DNA of 63,997 nt, counting the filler, from Candidatus Woesearchaeota archaeon (GTDB lineage Archaea; Nanobdellota; Nanobdellia; Woesearchaeales; CG1-02-33-12), in NCBI GenBank assembly GCA_018399355.1. It is 3 parts of 3 records of this genome, joined end to end, with 100 filler letters (N's around TTAATTAATTAA, not from the genome) between each part and the next. Parts side by side here need not be neighbours in the genome. Positions count along the whole stretch, not along the records: positions 26,297 to 48,735 come from JAGYOA010000011.1; 2 more parts are not named here. One strand, given 5' to 3'. Shown here in pieces: positions 27,614 through 37,949 of the stretch (the stretch's first letter is position 1; the number at the start of each line of letters is the position of its first letter). The notes under the pieces were generated by a model. That model made no database searches and was not told where the DNA came from. It worked only from the letters and a program-made list of their open reading frames with translations. The translations under genes and the position numbers were made by a program.

Positions 27614-29002
27614 ATGAAAGTAGGTGTTTTTGGAGCGGCCAAGACAGTCACAGGCTCCTGTTATGGAATAGAAGTGGGAAAAAAGAGGATATTAGTTGAC
27701 TGCGGACTTTTTCAGGGAGGCAAAAGCATAACAAAACTTAATTATGAGGATTTTCCATTTAATGCAAAATCTTATTCTGCTGTTCTTTTAACCCATGCTC
27801 ATCTTGATCACTGCGGAAGAATTCCAAAGCTTATCAATGCAGGTTTTAAGGGAGAGATTTATTGCACTTCAGCAACAAAAGATATATCCAGGATAGTTTT
27901 GCTTGACTCTGCAAAAATCAACAAGCATGACACAGAACTTGAAAATAAGAGAAGAGCAAGATTAGGACTTCCATTGAGAAAACCAATATACACAGAACAA
28001 GATGTAAGGAAATCAATGGCCTTTTTCAAGACAATAGTTTATGAAAAACAGATTGATTTGGGCAGTGGAATAAAAGCAACTTTCCATGATGCAGGACATA
28101 TCCTTGGCTCAGCGATAATAGAGTTAAATATAACTGAGAACGGAAAGCAGAAAACAATTATTTTTTCAGGAGATCTCGGACAGAATGGAGACCCAATAAT
28201 AAGAGATGTAACCCACTTAAATAAAGCAGATTATGTTTTTATTGAATCAACTTATGGAGACAGGCTGCACTCTCCTGTTGAAAAAAGAAAGCAAAAGCTT
28301 CTTGAGATAATTCTTGAGGCGTATGAAAATCATGGAAAGGTTCTTATTCCGTCGTTTGCAGTGGAGAGAACTCAGGAAATACTTTATGATTTAAATGAGC
28401 TTGCTGAAAAAAACCTTATACCCAGAATAAAGGTTTATGTTGACACTCCAATGGGCATAAAAGTTACAGAGGTTTTCAAGAGACATTATGCGCTTTACAA
28501 TGAAAAAATAAAAGACCTTATAAAATCAGGAGATAATCCATTTAGCTTTCCTGGGCTGGAGTTCACTGAAAAAGTTTATGACTCAATGAAGCTTAATAAT
28601 GTTAAAGAGCCGTGCATAATAATCGCAGGAAGCGGAATGTGCACCGGCGGCAGGATAAAACATCATATAAAGCACAACATATGGAATCCAAGAAACACAA
28701 TGCTTTTCGTTGGTTACCAGGCAGAGGGAACTTTAGGATATCACATAAAAAGAGGTGAAAAGATAATAAGGCTTCTTGGAACAAGCGTTGCTGTAAGGGC
28801 AAAAATACAGTCAATTGACAGCTTTTCTGCGCATGCTGACTACGGCGGGCTTTTGACATGGCTTAAGTTCTTTAACCCAAAACCAAAAAAGGTTTTTATT
28901 GTCCACGGCGAGCAAAAATCAATGGAAAGTTTTGAGAAAAAAGTCAACAATTTAGGAATTAAAACAAAAATTCCTGAAATGAATGAGAAAATAACTATTT
29001 AG
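27614..29002 (+). CDS. Beta-CASP metallo-beta-lactamase RNase
   Basis: VTGSC, THAHLDH, AGHILGS, ESTYG, FSAHAD. Confidence 0.93.
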   Translation: MKVGVFGAAKTVTGSCYGIEVGKKRILVDCGLFQGGKSITKLNYEDFPFNAKSYSAVLLTHAHLDHCGRIPKLINAGFKGEIYCTSATKDISRIVLLDSAKINKHDTELENKRRARLGLPLRKPIYTEQDVRKSMAFFKTIVYEKQIDLGSGIKATFHDAGHILGSAIIELNITENGKQKTIIFSGDLGQNGDPIIRDVTHLNKADYVFIESTYGDRLHSPVEKRKQKLLEIILEAYENHGKVLIPSFAVERTQEILYDLNELAEKNLIPRIKVYVDTPMGIKVTEVFKRHYALYNEKIKDLIKSGDNPFSFPGLEFTEKVYDSMKLNNVKEPCIIIAGSGMCTGGRIKHHIKHNIWNPRNTMLFVGYQAEGTLGYHIKRGEKIIRLLGTSVAVRAKIQSIDSFSAHADYGGLLTWLKFFNPKPKKVFIVHGEQKSMESFEKKVNNLGIKTKIPEMNEKITI

Positions 29003-29978
29003 TTTCTATTATTTTTAATATTTCATCTTTCATGCTTGTTTTTATCATAGAGTCATGGCTCGAAACAACCTGCGCAGCAACATACGAAGCTATTCTTCCT
29101 GCTTTTCTGACATCAAGATTTTTTGATAACCCATAAAGAAAAGCTCCGGCATAAGCATCTCCAGCTCCTGTTGTGTTTACAGCATTAACCTTAAATCCCT
29201 TTATCTCATAAAGTCCATGCTCATCCATAACAAAACTTCCTTTTTCTCCAATCTTTACAACTGCAATCTTGCAGAATTTTTTTATGTCTTTTATGGCTTG
29301 AACTGGTTTTTTTCCTGTTAATGCCTCTGCCTCTAATTCATTGACAAAAACAATATCTGCGTAGTTGGCTAGTATGTCCTGAATTTTTTTCCTGTGCCTA
29401 TTTATTAAGGAGGGGTCTGCCAAATCAATTGAAATTAATATATTATTTTTTTTTGCATGGCTCATTGCATAAAATACTGCTTCTGACTGCTTTTCACCAT
29501 CTAATTGATATGCTTCAATATGAAGTATTTTGGAATTTTTTATATCTTCAAGGTTTATATTGCTTTTTGTTAGACGCATCCCTGCCCCTAAGCAGGTGGC
29601 CATTGTCCTTTCAGCATCCGGCGTTACCATAACAACGCATGTTCCTTGTATTTCATTGCATGAACTGAATCTTGGAATGATTCCAACTTCCTCAACAAGC
29701 TTTTTGTAAGTTATTGAATTTTCATCATTGCCTATCATTCCTATAAAAAGGGATGTTCCTCCAAGGCTGCATACACTTGCAAGAGTGTTAGGAACGCTTC
29801 CGCCGGCAGAATCCTTTACAAAACTGTTATCAAGCATAGAGAGTATCTTTTTGCTCTGCTCTATATTTACAAGGTTCATATTGTTTCTGATTAGATTGCT
29901 CTTTATTATAAAATCCTCATCTACTTCAACAACCTTATCAAGAAGGGGATATCCAATGCCAACAACATCATATTCCAT
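28995..29978 (-). CDS. PfkB-family adenosine/nucleoside kinase
   Basis: AGGSVPNT, PDAERTM, NTTGAGDAYAG. Confidence 0.88.
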   Translation of the reverse strand: MEYDVVGIGYPLLDKVVEVDEDFIIKSNLIRNNMNLVNIEQSKKILSMLDNSFVKDSAGGSVPNTLASVCSLGGTSLFIGMIGNDENSITYKKLVEEVGIIPRFSSCNEIQGTCVVMVTPDAERTMATCLGAGMRLTKSNINLEDIKNSKILHIEAYQLDGEKQSEAVFYAMSHAKKNNILISIDLADPSLINRHRKKIQDILANYADIVFVNELEAEALTGKKPVQAIKDIKKFCKIAVVKIGEKGSFVMDEHGLYEIKGFKVNAVNTTGAGDAYAGAFLYGLSKNLDVRKAGRIASYVAAQVVSSHDSMIKTSMKDEILKIIETK

Positions 29979-30309
29979 TTTAAAAATAAAATCACAGGAA
30001 TTTATCACATATATTTTATGTAAAAAACTGCGGTGTTTTTATGCTCTCTTTATTTTTTGTTTATTTTTATCTTAGTGATTTATGATTATTTATAACTATT
30101 TCTATTTATTCACATGGGTTATGGAATAAAGAAAATTCATTACTCGTGATGATTTCCTAATTAAAATAAGTGTACTTATTTGCTGAAAAAGATATTTTTT
30201 ATTATATTTTTTATAAAATATATTTTTAAATAGATACATTTATATACTTGAACCCCTTACTGAATAATAGCTGGTTGAAACCAGTAAAAATGTTACGGAG
30301 GTGACGGAG

Positions 30310-30408
30310 ATGACAGATATATTTGATAAGAATGCAGAAACAAGCAGAGTAAGAGGAATTAGATTTTATACAGACGACATTTACAATTATAGGGACTGGA
30401 ACCTATAA
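30310..30408 (+). CDS. Candidate 32-aa peptide
   Basis: SD GGAGGTGA; TTTATATA box near 30238; MTDIFDKNAETSRVRGIRFYTDDIYNYRDWNL. Confidence 0.45.
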   Translation: MTDIFDKNAETSRVRGIRFYTDDIYNYRDWNL

Positions 30409-30652
30409 CATGATTGGTATTATGGGTATTTTTAAACCATAATTCATTGAAACTGGTTTAATTGTTGGTATATAAAACAATTGATTGAAGGTATGCCTTT
30501 CAAGCAACCTACAACTTATTAACCCCAACAATTATTCCTTTTAATTCTTTTTTAAACATTTAAATGTTCCAATGTATTGTCGAAAACAAAACAGAAGATA
30601 AAAATCAGGGTAAATGCTTAGTTTTTGAGAAGAGAATATAAGTTTAATAAAA

Positions 30653-30847
30653 CGCCGGGACTGGGACTTTCAAAGCGCTTGCAACTTTGGCTTTAATCTG
30701 ATGCTCACATTTTTGCGAGCTTCAGCGAGCTCGTCCAACTTTATGTTGGACCTGCGTGCCAGCTTAGCAAGAAGCTGTTTGAACCCAGATATCCTTTCGG
30801 AAACTGGCTCTCAAGGCCAGCGCAATACCGAGTTATGCGATCCCGGC
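30653..30847 (-). tRNA. tRNA-Ser(TGA) with 111-nt intron (30667-30777) in the T-loop at 59/60
   Basis: Acceptor GCCGGGA/TCCCGGC; CTGGC-CTTGAGA-GCCAG; long variable arm; BHB GGG-TTCA-AAC / TGAA-AGT-CCC restores TTCAAAT. Confidence 0.9.
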
Positions 30848-31079
30848 GTAAAACAGAGAACAAGACATTAATTTAAAAAACTTTTGATAAATTCTGGTAT
30901 TTTGTTTTTTAAGACTTTCGAAATCATTTAAAAGAAATTTTTATTTTAATGAATAGAAATCTTTTTAAGTTTTTTGCATAAATCGAAAGGTTTATATATG
31001 ATGACCCAGATTTATTTAAAAATATTGGTATTATAATTCAATTTTAACTTTAAAGTGTTGAAGATTGGGGGTGTTTTTT

Positions 31080-32003
31080 ATGCCAAGCTATATAAAAAAA
31101 TGTCCTGAGTGTGGTAGCATAAACCTGTTTTGGAATAAAGACAGGGGAGAAATAATTTGCCGTGACTGCGGTCTTGTTATAGAAGACAAGATGGTTGACT
31201 TCACGCAGGAATGGCACGATTTTGACAGCGAGACCGGAGAAAAAAGAAGAAGGTCCGGGGCTCCTATGACTTACACTCAGTATGACCAGGGTTTAGGAAC
31301 TGATATTGGAAGAAAAGCTGACTTAAGCGGCTTGGGAGCCAAGGATAGAAATAAGTTTTTCAGATTAAGAAAATGGCAGTATCGTATTTCAACTGCTATT
31401 GAAAGGAATTTAAAGCTTGCTCTTGCAGAGTTGAAAAGAGTTGCATCTTACCTCAAGCTTCCAGGAAGTGTTGAAGAAGAAGCTGCAAGGGTTTACACCA
31501 TGGCAGTTCAGAAAGGACTTGTCAGAGGGCGTTCTATGGAATCTGTTGTTGCAGGAGCACTTTATGCTGCATGCAGAAGACATGAAGTTCCCAGGACATT
31601 GGATGAGCTTTCAGAGGCAAGCGGAATAGAGAAAAAAGAAATAGGAAGAACTTACCGCTTTGTGACAAGAGAGCTGGGAATTACAATATTTCCAAGCAAT
31701 CCTGCCGATTACATAGCAAGATTTTCCTCAGCATTAAAACTTTCAGCTGAGACACAGTCAAATTCTATTGAGATACTTGAAAAAGCTCAGAAAGTGGAGC
31801 TTACCTCAGGAAGAGGTCCTACAGGAATCGCAGCAGCTGCATTATATGTTTCAGCATTATTGCACGGAGAGAAAAGGACACAAAGAGAAGTTGCAGATGT
31901 TGCAGGGGTTACAGAAGTTACAATAAGAAACAGATACAAGGAATTGCTTGAAAAGCTTAAGCTTGAGAAAGAAATAAAAAAGCTCAAGAAGAAGAAATCC
32001 TAA
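31080..32003 (+). CDS. tfb: Transcription initiation factor IIB
   Basis: CPECG..CRDCG Zn ribbon; cyclin repeats; [28 protein letters not shown] promoter near 30984. Confidence 0.97.
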   Translation: MPSYIKKCPECGSINLFWNKDRGEIICRDCGLVIEDKMVDFTQEWHDFDSETGEKRRRSGAPMTYTQYDQGLGTDIGRKADLSGLGAKDRNKFFRLRKWQYRISTAIERNLKLALAELKRVASYLKLPGSVEEEAARVYTMAVQKGLVRGRSMESVVAGALYAACRRHEVPRTLDELSEASGIEKKEIGRTYRFVTRELGITIFPSNPADYIARFSSALKLSAETQSNSIEILEKAQKVELTSGRGPTGIAAAALYVSALLHGEKRTQREVADVAGVTEVTIRNRYKELLEKLKLEKEIKKLKKKKS

Positions 32004-32296
32004 AATCTGAATAAAACTTTTTCAAAATTCTTTATTTTTTTGTTTTTTATCTTTATTCCTTCTTTTTCAAGGAGTTTTATCTTTTTTCTTACACCTCCAC
32101 CATATCCTCCAATAAATCCGGTTGAGTTAACAACTCTATGGCAAGGTATTATTATTGGCTTTTTGTTGTTATGCAGCGCTGTTCCAACTGCTCTGTATGC
32201 TTTTGTGTTAAGCTTTTCAGCTATTATCTTGTATGTTGTTATTTTACCCTTTGGTATTTTTTTTGTTAAATGTAAAACCTTTTCGCTGAAATTCAT
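32000..32296 (-). CDS. ogt: O6-alkylguanine-DNA alkyltransferase
   Basis: RAVG, IPCHRVV, LLEKEG. Confidence 0.92.
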   Translation of the reverse strand: MNFSEKVLHLTKKIPKGKITTYKIIAEKLNTKAYRAVGTALHNNKKPIIIPCHRVVNSTGFIGGYGGGVRKKIKLLEKEGIKIKNKKIKNFEKVLFRF

Positions 32297-33510
32297 TTTA
32301 ACAAATTTAATATCTTGTTCAGATTTTTCTTGCTCATGTCTTTTTTATAATCAATTGCATAACCTATGACTTCATGTTTCTTTATTTTAATTCCTTTCTT
32401 TCTGAGCAATTGTTCCATTGATGTTGAGGTTATAAACTGGCAGAACTGGGTTACATTTTTCGGTTTTTTTGTTTTCCTGCACCTTTCAAAATCAATCATA
32501 ATTGGCTTTTTGTCAACTATTATGTGTTTTAAGGGGTGGTGCATCTCTTCTTTGTCAAGATTCATCTTATCCATCTTGTAAAGCTGCATGAAGACATCCT
32601 TTAATATTCTGATAATATCCTTTTTTTTGTTTTTTTCAATGAAATCAACTATAAATTCGCCTTTAACAAAATTGTAAACAAAGTAACCTTGCCCTGAAAA
32701 TAATAGCTTGGGCCCAATATTTTTTTCATTAAGCTTTTTTATCCATTTGGTTTCGTTTTCAATTCTTCCTTTTGCCTTGCTTTCAGGCAGCTTTGTCTTT
32801 ACAACAACATCTTTTTTGTTGAGATTTGCCCTGTATAAAAGGCCGCGGTGACCCTTTGCAAATATTTTTATGTTTTTAAGGCCCTTTTTTCTTAAACTCT
32901 CAAGAACCTCAGACCTTTTTATTGAGTAAACAAAAAGAGTTTCAAATGAAATCTTTTCTTGGTCTATTATCTTAAAGTTAAAACCTTTTTCTGTTATTAT
33001 CTCATCAATCTTTTCCTTGTTTGTAAGTGAGCTGAAAACAATGAGAACCTTTCCATCTTTCTTTAGGTAGTTTTCGGTTTGTGAAAGGAATTCCTCAAGT
33101 GTTTCATGGCCTTTTACTCCCCCATATATTGTTTTGTCTTTTATTCCCTGATCTTTTGGAAGGTAAGGAGGATTAAATACAATCAAATCAAATTTTGGCT
33201 TTTTCAGAAGAAAGTTTCTTATTTTTTTATTCTTTATATTTTTAATTTCCCTTGGTTTATCAAAAAAGCTGAACAAATCGCTCTTGAAGACAAAAATATT
33301 TTTTATGCCTGTGTTTTCAATGTTTTTCTGAGTCTTTTTTAATGATTCATTACTTATATCAACAGCAATAACAAATTCAGCTTTCCTAGATGCAGCTATA
33401 GCCTGTATTCCCGAGCCAGTGCCCATATCAAGAACATTATTTCTGGAATATTTTTTTACGTGCTTTTCAAGCAGCAAAGAATCCTCCATTGGTTCATAAA
33501 CTTCAAACAT
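32293..33510 (-). CDS. HemK2/PrmC-type methyltransferase fused to an atypical kinase-like domain
   Basis: VYEPMEDS, DMGTGSG, NPPY; C-terminal AKGHRG, VVVK, IDFE. Confidence 0.85.
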   Translation of the reverse strand: MFEVYEPMEDSLLLEKHVKKYSRNNVLDMGTGSGIQAIAASRKAEFVIAVDISNESLKKTQKNIENTGIKNIFVFKSDLFSFFDKPREIKNIKNKKIRNFLLKKPKFDLIVFNPPYLPKDQGIKDKTIYGGVKGHETLEEFLSQTENYLKKDGKVLIVFSSLTNKEKIDEIITEKGFNFKIIDQEKISFETLFVYSIKRSEVLESLRKKGLKNIKIFAKGHRGLLYRANLNKKDVVVKTKLPESKAKGRIENETKWIKKLNEKNIGPKLLFSGQGYFVYNFVKGEFIVDFIEKNKKKDIIRILKDVFMQLYKMDKMNLDKEEMHHPLKHIIVDKKPIMIDFERCRKTKKPKNVTQFCQFITSTSMEQLLRKKGIKIKKHEVIGYAIDYKKDMSKKNLNKILNLLK

Positions 33511-33577
33511 AGAAATATAAAAAAAGAATTGATTATTAAAACTTTTTGATTAATAAAAATAAAAAAATAAAGAGAAT

Positions 33578-33904
33578 TTATCGTCTTCTCTTTTTAACAG
33601 GCTTCTTTTTTGCTTTTTTCTTTACTGCCTTCTTTTTTACTGCCTTTTTCTTTTTAGCCTTCTTTTTTCTCTTTTTTCCGCCGCGGGCCATCTTTGCCCT
33701 TGAGACATCTCCTCTCTTGTCTATGAAGTAGAGATATCCTGATTGTTTTTTAACACCTACTTTCTGGACTTTTTCTTTTTTCTTTTTTCCTTTCTTTCTT
33801 CCACCGCGGGACATCTCGACTCTTGAGACATCTCCATTCTTGTCTATATAGTAAAGATATCCGTCTTCCTTGCAGATACCTACTTTTGCTACTTTTTCTG
33901 CCAT
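33578..33904 (-). CDS. Small basic repeat protein, candidate nucleoid protein
   Basis: Two copies of EKVxKVG..K..GYLYxIDK.GDVSR..M.RGG plus KKKAV/KKKA tail; SD GGAGGT. Confidence 0.65.
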   Translation of the reverse strand: MAEKVAKVGICKEDGYLYYIDKNGDVSRVEMSRGGRKKGKKKKEKVQKVGVKKQSGYLYFIDKRGDVSRAKMARGGKKRKKKAKKKKAVKKKAVKKKAKKKPVKKRRR

Positions 33905-34045
33905 TTTTTTACCTCCTTTTTTGTTTAAAAATACCCTCCAAAACCCAAAGGGATAAATGGATTATTGACGAGGTAGTATTTAAATCTTGCTATTTTTATG
34001 ACGGAGCCTAGACGGAAAAACCAAGAAAAAGGTATACTGATTTAG

Positions 34046-34522
34046 TTATCTACCTTTTTTTTCAAACAATTCATCTATAGATTGTATGTATTCCTTGACC
34101 CTGGCCAGTATTTCAGGTATAAGGGACTCTTCTATTTTTTTGCAGAATATCTCCTGGATTTTAAAGAATTCGCTTATGCGGTACTGGCTGCTGACTTTCT
34201 CAACAATGAAAAGATTTCTCATCCTTCTGATTTGCCTTCTTATATTGGATGAGGCTATTCCTGATAATGGCAGCTTGTGTTTTTTTCTTGTTTTAATGAC
34301 TTTTTCTTTTATTTCTTCAGAGCTTAAAGTCTTTTTCTGTTTTTTTGCTTCAAGCAGAACATAAAGAACATCAACAACAACATCGCGAGAGTCTCCTGGC
34401 TGCAGCAATCCTATGCTTAGACATAGCTTTCTTACCAACTCCCTTTTTTTAAGGCTTTGGGGCCTTTCATACTTCCTTAAGGTTATCTCTGCAAGTGGAA
34501 TGTCTTTGGATATATTTTTCAT
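34046..34522 (-). CDS. Hypothetical protein, possible winged helix
   Basis: SSNIRRQIRRMRNLFIVEK wHTH-like segment. Confidence 0.55.
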   Translation of the reverse strand: MKNISKDIPLAEITLRKYERPQSLKKRELVRKLCLSIGLLQPGDSRDVVVDVLYVLLEAKKQKKTLSSEEIKEKVIKTRKKHKLPLSGIASSNIRRQIRRMRNLFIVEKVSSQYRISEFFKIQEIFCKKIEESLIPEILARVKEYIQSIDELFEKKGR

Positions 34523-34574
34523 GATTAAAAGATTTAAGTTTAAGGTTATATTTATAATTTTTGTTTAAAGAAGT

Positions 34575-34736
34575 TTATTTTAAGATACATCCGCACTTAA
34601 CGCATATATGAACGCCTTCTTTCTCATTGAAGTTGGTGTTCACTCCATAATCTAAAACAGAGCCGCAATTTGGGCATTTTGGTTCCAAAAACTCCATAGA
34701 GTTGAATAGATTAAGTTCTTCCAAGAGATATCCCAC
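34575..34736 (-). CDS. Small Zn-ribbon protein, absent from the ORF track
   Basis: CPNCG...CVKCG; start (GTG or TTG) uncertain. Confidence 0.65.
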   Translation of the reverse strand: MGYLLEELNLFNSMEFLEPKCPNCGSVLDYGVNTNFNEKEGVHICVKCGCILK

Positions 34737-34753
34737 ATTATATTCCTGTGTTT

Positions 34754-35371
34754 TTATGTATTTAAACTTTTCGGATATTCGTAAATTACTTTAAAATTAG
34801 GGATTTGTTTGAATTCCATGGGGTAATAGCAGTCATGGTGTGTAACTTGAGGATTATTCTTGAGAAAGTCCAGTTTGCATATAGAATCTAATTTACCATT
34901 GTAAATAAGCTCGCCTTCCTTAGAAAAATCTTTTTCAAAATTAGATGCAATGACATCTTCAATGTAAATTCCTAATTTTTTTAATTCGTTTTCTTTTGTC
35001 AACAAAGAATATCTTACTCCATCTAAGTCATTATATGTTAATATTGTTACTTCAGCTAATCCTTTTTTTGTTTTTATCTGGCCTTTTTTTAAATAAGATT
35101 CTACTGTTCTGCTTATAATATCCTTTTTTAATGTGACATTACCCATTATCTGTTTTGCTTTTTCATATGGAAAACCTTTCATTACACAGGCCATCATTGA
35201 AAGATAAAAATTTTTTTTGTTTATATTCCTTGCATTGGCACTGAAGTTTTTTATAAAATAAGGTAAATTAAAATGATTATATTTTATTGCTTGTTTTGCT
35301 AATATAAACCCTGTATGCTGCCTTATAAAAGTGCCGTCAAAATCAAAACTAATTTTATTTTCTAAATTCAT
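34754..35371 (-). CDS. Divergent HAD-like protein
   Basis: N-terminal FDFDGT motif I. Confidence 0.5.
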   Translation of the reverse strand: MNLENKISFDFDGTFIRQHTGFILAKQAIKYNHFNLPYFIKNFSANARNINKKNFYLSMMACVMKGFPYEKAKQIMGNVTLKKDIISRTVESYLKKGQIKTKKGLAEVTILTYNDLDGVRYSLLTKENELKKLGIYIEDVIASNFEKDFSKEGELIYNGKLDSICKLDFLKNNPQVTHHDCYYPMEFKQIPNFKVIYEYPKSLNT

Positions 35372-35376
35372 TTTAA

Positions 35377-37833
35377 TCAACTGAAATATCTGTTTAGATT
35401 GCTTTGGTCAAGGTTCTTTATTAAATCTTCTTTTTCAAATCCCAGGACCTTGAAAATTCCCTCAACAGAGGGTATAACCTGGTTGTTAATATAATATTCA
35501 GGGTCATATTCTTCCTGGCTTACCTCTTCAGGCATTTTTGCTCTATCTCTTATTCTCTCTTTTTCCCTGCCTTTTGTTACAACATACTTTATCACTGAGC
35601 CAGGGCCAACTGGAATATCTTTTTCAATCATTCTCTGAGCAACAGCAACATGAGGGCCGAAAGAGTCATATTCGCTTATATTTTTCTGCAACTGTGTGGC
35701 TATTGTCACCTTTTCAACCGGAATTTCATTTTTCTTCAGGCTTTCAATAACATCTTTCACATAGTCAAAGGCTTTTTTAGGGTCTCCCTGTTTTAATGTT
35801 ATGTCCAACACCTTTTTCTGTGTTTCCTTTGCAACAATAGACAAGTTTCTTCTTATTGTCTCAAATCCTTTTATTATTATACTTCCTTCCTCTGAAAGAA
35901 GCGCGTATTTCTTTTTTGCCCCATAGTCTTTTTCTTTTGCTGAAACAAATATCCCTCTTGGATAAAATCCCTGGTATTCAAGTTCCATAAGGCCCGGAAG
36001 ATCTGTGTTTACAGACTCAACAAACTTTTTAGATTCTGACTTGTCTTTCCCGTCAAGGGTTAAAAATATGGAATCTGTGTCAGAGTATAAGACATTGAAT
36101 TTCTTTTTTTGCGCATCATCTATAACTTTTTTTATGTAATATCTTCCGTAGGCAGTTATACTTTTCGCGCTTTCTATTGAGTACCACCTTGCTCCAAAAA
36201 ATCCAAGGTAGCCGTACATTGCATTTGCTATTGTTTTCAGGGCATATGCCCTGGCATTGAATATCTTGAGCTTATCCTTTTCTACATTCTTCATTATCTG
36301 CTTTACCCTCATTCTTCTTGTGATGATTGCCTCAAGAACAGTAGGTATGAATCCCTTCTTTTTTGAGCAGAACCAATACTCATCAAAGCCAGGAACATGC
36401 TGTTTTTCCCTGCAGCAATCACACTTAAATGTGCTTGGAGATATATTATGAGAGGTTATTATGCTCGGATACAGGCTCCTGAAGTCAAATATTACTATAT
36501 CTTTGTATAATCCAGGATTTGGCTTGAATACAAATGCCCCAGTATAGGTGTTTTTTCTTCTTTCTCTTATTTCATCATAGCTTGGCTTGTTTGGAACAAT
36601 TTCTTTCATTGAACTTGCCTGTTTAATTAAATACCACTCAACAAGCTGCGAAAAGCTCATCCTGGTTATAGTTGACATCGGAAGCCCAATAATCTTTACA
36701 ATCTCAGTTATGCTGGGTATAAGCTCTTTGCAAAGCCTGAATGTAAGCTGAGAATCTCGAAGGTTGTATTCGCAGAATTTTTCAAGGTCTTTTGTGTTAT
36801 TGTCCCATGCATATGCAAGTCCGTCAATATCAACATCCAGCTTTTCTTCCTGAAGAATCTCATTTGCAACAGAATTAAGGTCATAACTGTCTGTTTCAAG
36901 TGTTGTTGACATAGTCCTTTTAATGAACTTAAAAATGTCAATGTGGGCTATTCCTGTGATATGAGCTGTTGTTACTCCTCTTCTGTTGATGTTGACATTG
37001 CTGCAATCAAGGCATATATCAAGCTTTATTTTGTATTTATTTGCCCTTTCTTCTATGTAAGGAAAATCAAACCCGTCTGAGAAATATCCTGTTATTATGT
37101 CAGGATTATAGTTTTCTATTGTTTCCTTGAATTTTGTTATTAATTCAACCTCACTTTCAACAAATTCAATATACTTATGGTCTGTTTTAAAGCGCTTCCA
37201 TGTTATTACTTTCTTGAAATTATCACCAAAAAAACTGACCATAACAATTGGGTCTTTTTTTGCATCTATGTTTTTCCCCCTTGGATTATATGTTTCTATG
37301 TCAAATGCAAGGATTCTTGGGTTTTCAAGAACATCGTCTGCAGTGTTTTCAACGCTTTCTGCCTTGATTACAAAAACCTTTGATTTCTTTTTTATGAATT
37401 CTCCATTTGCCTTGCATAATGTAAGAGGAATTATATCTTTGTCTATGAGATACTTTCTTGAAAATGAAAGATCATACTCATAAGTATCAATACCTTTGTT
37501 TTTTACTTCCCTCCTTAGTTCAAATATATCCCCTGGCAGCCTTGTAAATACCTTTATTACATTAACTGTTCTGCCAAAGAGCTTCATCTCTTTCGTTTCT
37601 GTTTTTGTAACAGTTATTGTTTCATTATCTTTTTTTATTGATATGTTTTCTATTTTTTCTCTTGATTTTTCCAGTTCTTGTTTTTTTGGAACAGCCAGAA
37701 AATAAGGCTGAAATGTATCATCCTGCACACAGACTTGTTTTCCGTCAGCTGTCCTTCCGAAAAGACTTACAACTGGCTTGTTGTTTTCAACACCATGGTT
37801 GATTTCAATCGGGTAAAAGGCTATTTCTGGCAT
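35377..37833 (-). CDS. polB: Family B DNA polymerase
   Basis: Exo FDIET; DFRSLYPSII, KTIANAMYG, YSDTDS, KKKY; C-terminal PIP box QSNLNRYF. Confidence 0.96.
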   Translation of the reverse strand: MPEIAFYPIEINHGVENNKPVVSLFGRTADGKQVCVQDDTFQPYFLAVPKKQELEKSREKIENISIKKDNETITVTKTETKEMKLFGRTVNVIKVFTRLPGDIFELRREVKNKGIDTYEYDLSFSRKYLIDKDIIPLTLCKANGEFIKKKSKVFVIKAESVENTADDVLENPRILAFDIETYNPRGKNIDAKKDPIVMVSFFGDNFKKVITWKRFKTDHKYIEFVESEVELITKFKETIENYNPDIITGYFSDGFDFPYIEERANKYKIKLDICLDCSNVNINRRGVTTAHITGIAHIDIFKFIKRTMSTTLETDSYDLNSVANEILQEEKLDVDIDGLAYAWDNNTKDLEKFCEYNLRDSQLTFRLCKELIPSITEIVKIIGLPMSTITRMSFSQLVEWYLIKQASSMKEIVPNKPSYDEIRERRKNTYTGAFVFKPNPGLYKDIVIFDFRSLYPSIITSHNISPSTFKCDCCREKQHVPGFDEYWFCSKKKGFIPTVLEAIITRRMRVKQIMKNVEKDKLKIFNARAYALKTIANAMYGYLGFFGARWYSIESAKSITAYGRYYIKKVIDDAQKKKFNVLYSDTDSIFLTLDGKDKSESKKFVESVNTDLPGLMELEYQGFYPRGIFVSAKEKDYGAKKKYALLSEEGSIIIKGFETIRRNLSIVAKETQKKVLDITLKQGDPKKAFDYVKDVIESLKKNEIPVEKVTIATQLQKNISEYDSFGPHVAVAQRMIEKDIPVGPGSVIKYVVTKGREKERIRDRAKMPEEVSQEEYDPEYYINNQVIPSVEGIFKVLGFEKEDLIKNLDQSNLNRYFS

Positions 37834-37949
37834 ATTTTATGTAAATAAGAGAGATATATAAATTTTGTGACTATACACTAGTTACTTTTTGATTTTGCAT
37901 CTTCACATAATTCAATAAATTTAAATAATACTCTTATTTAATTTTTTAA

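Noticed and set aside
33966..34018. GACGAG/GACGGA short direct repeats upstream of the basic protein gene
   Set aside because: Irregular spacing and too short to separate from chance.
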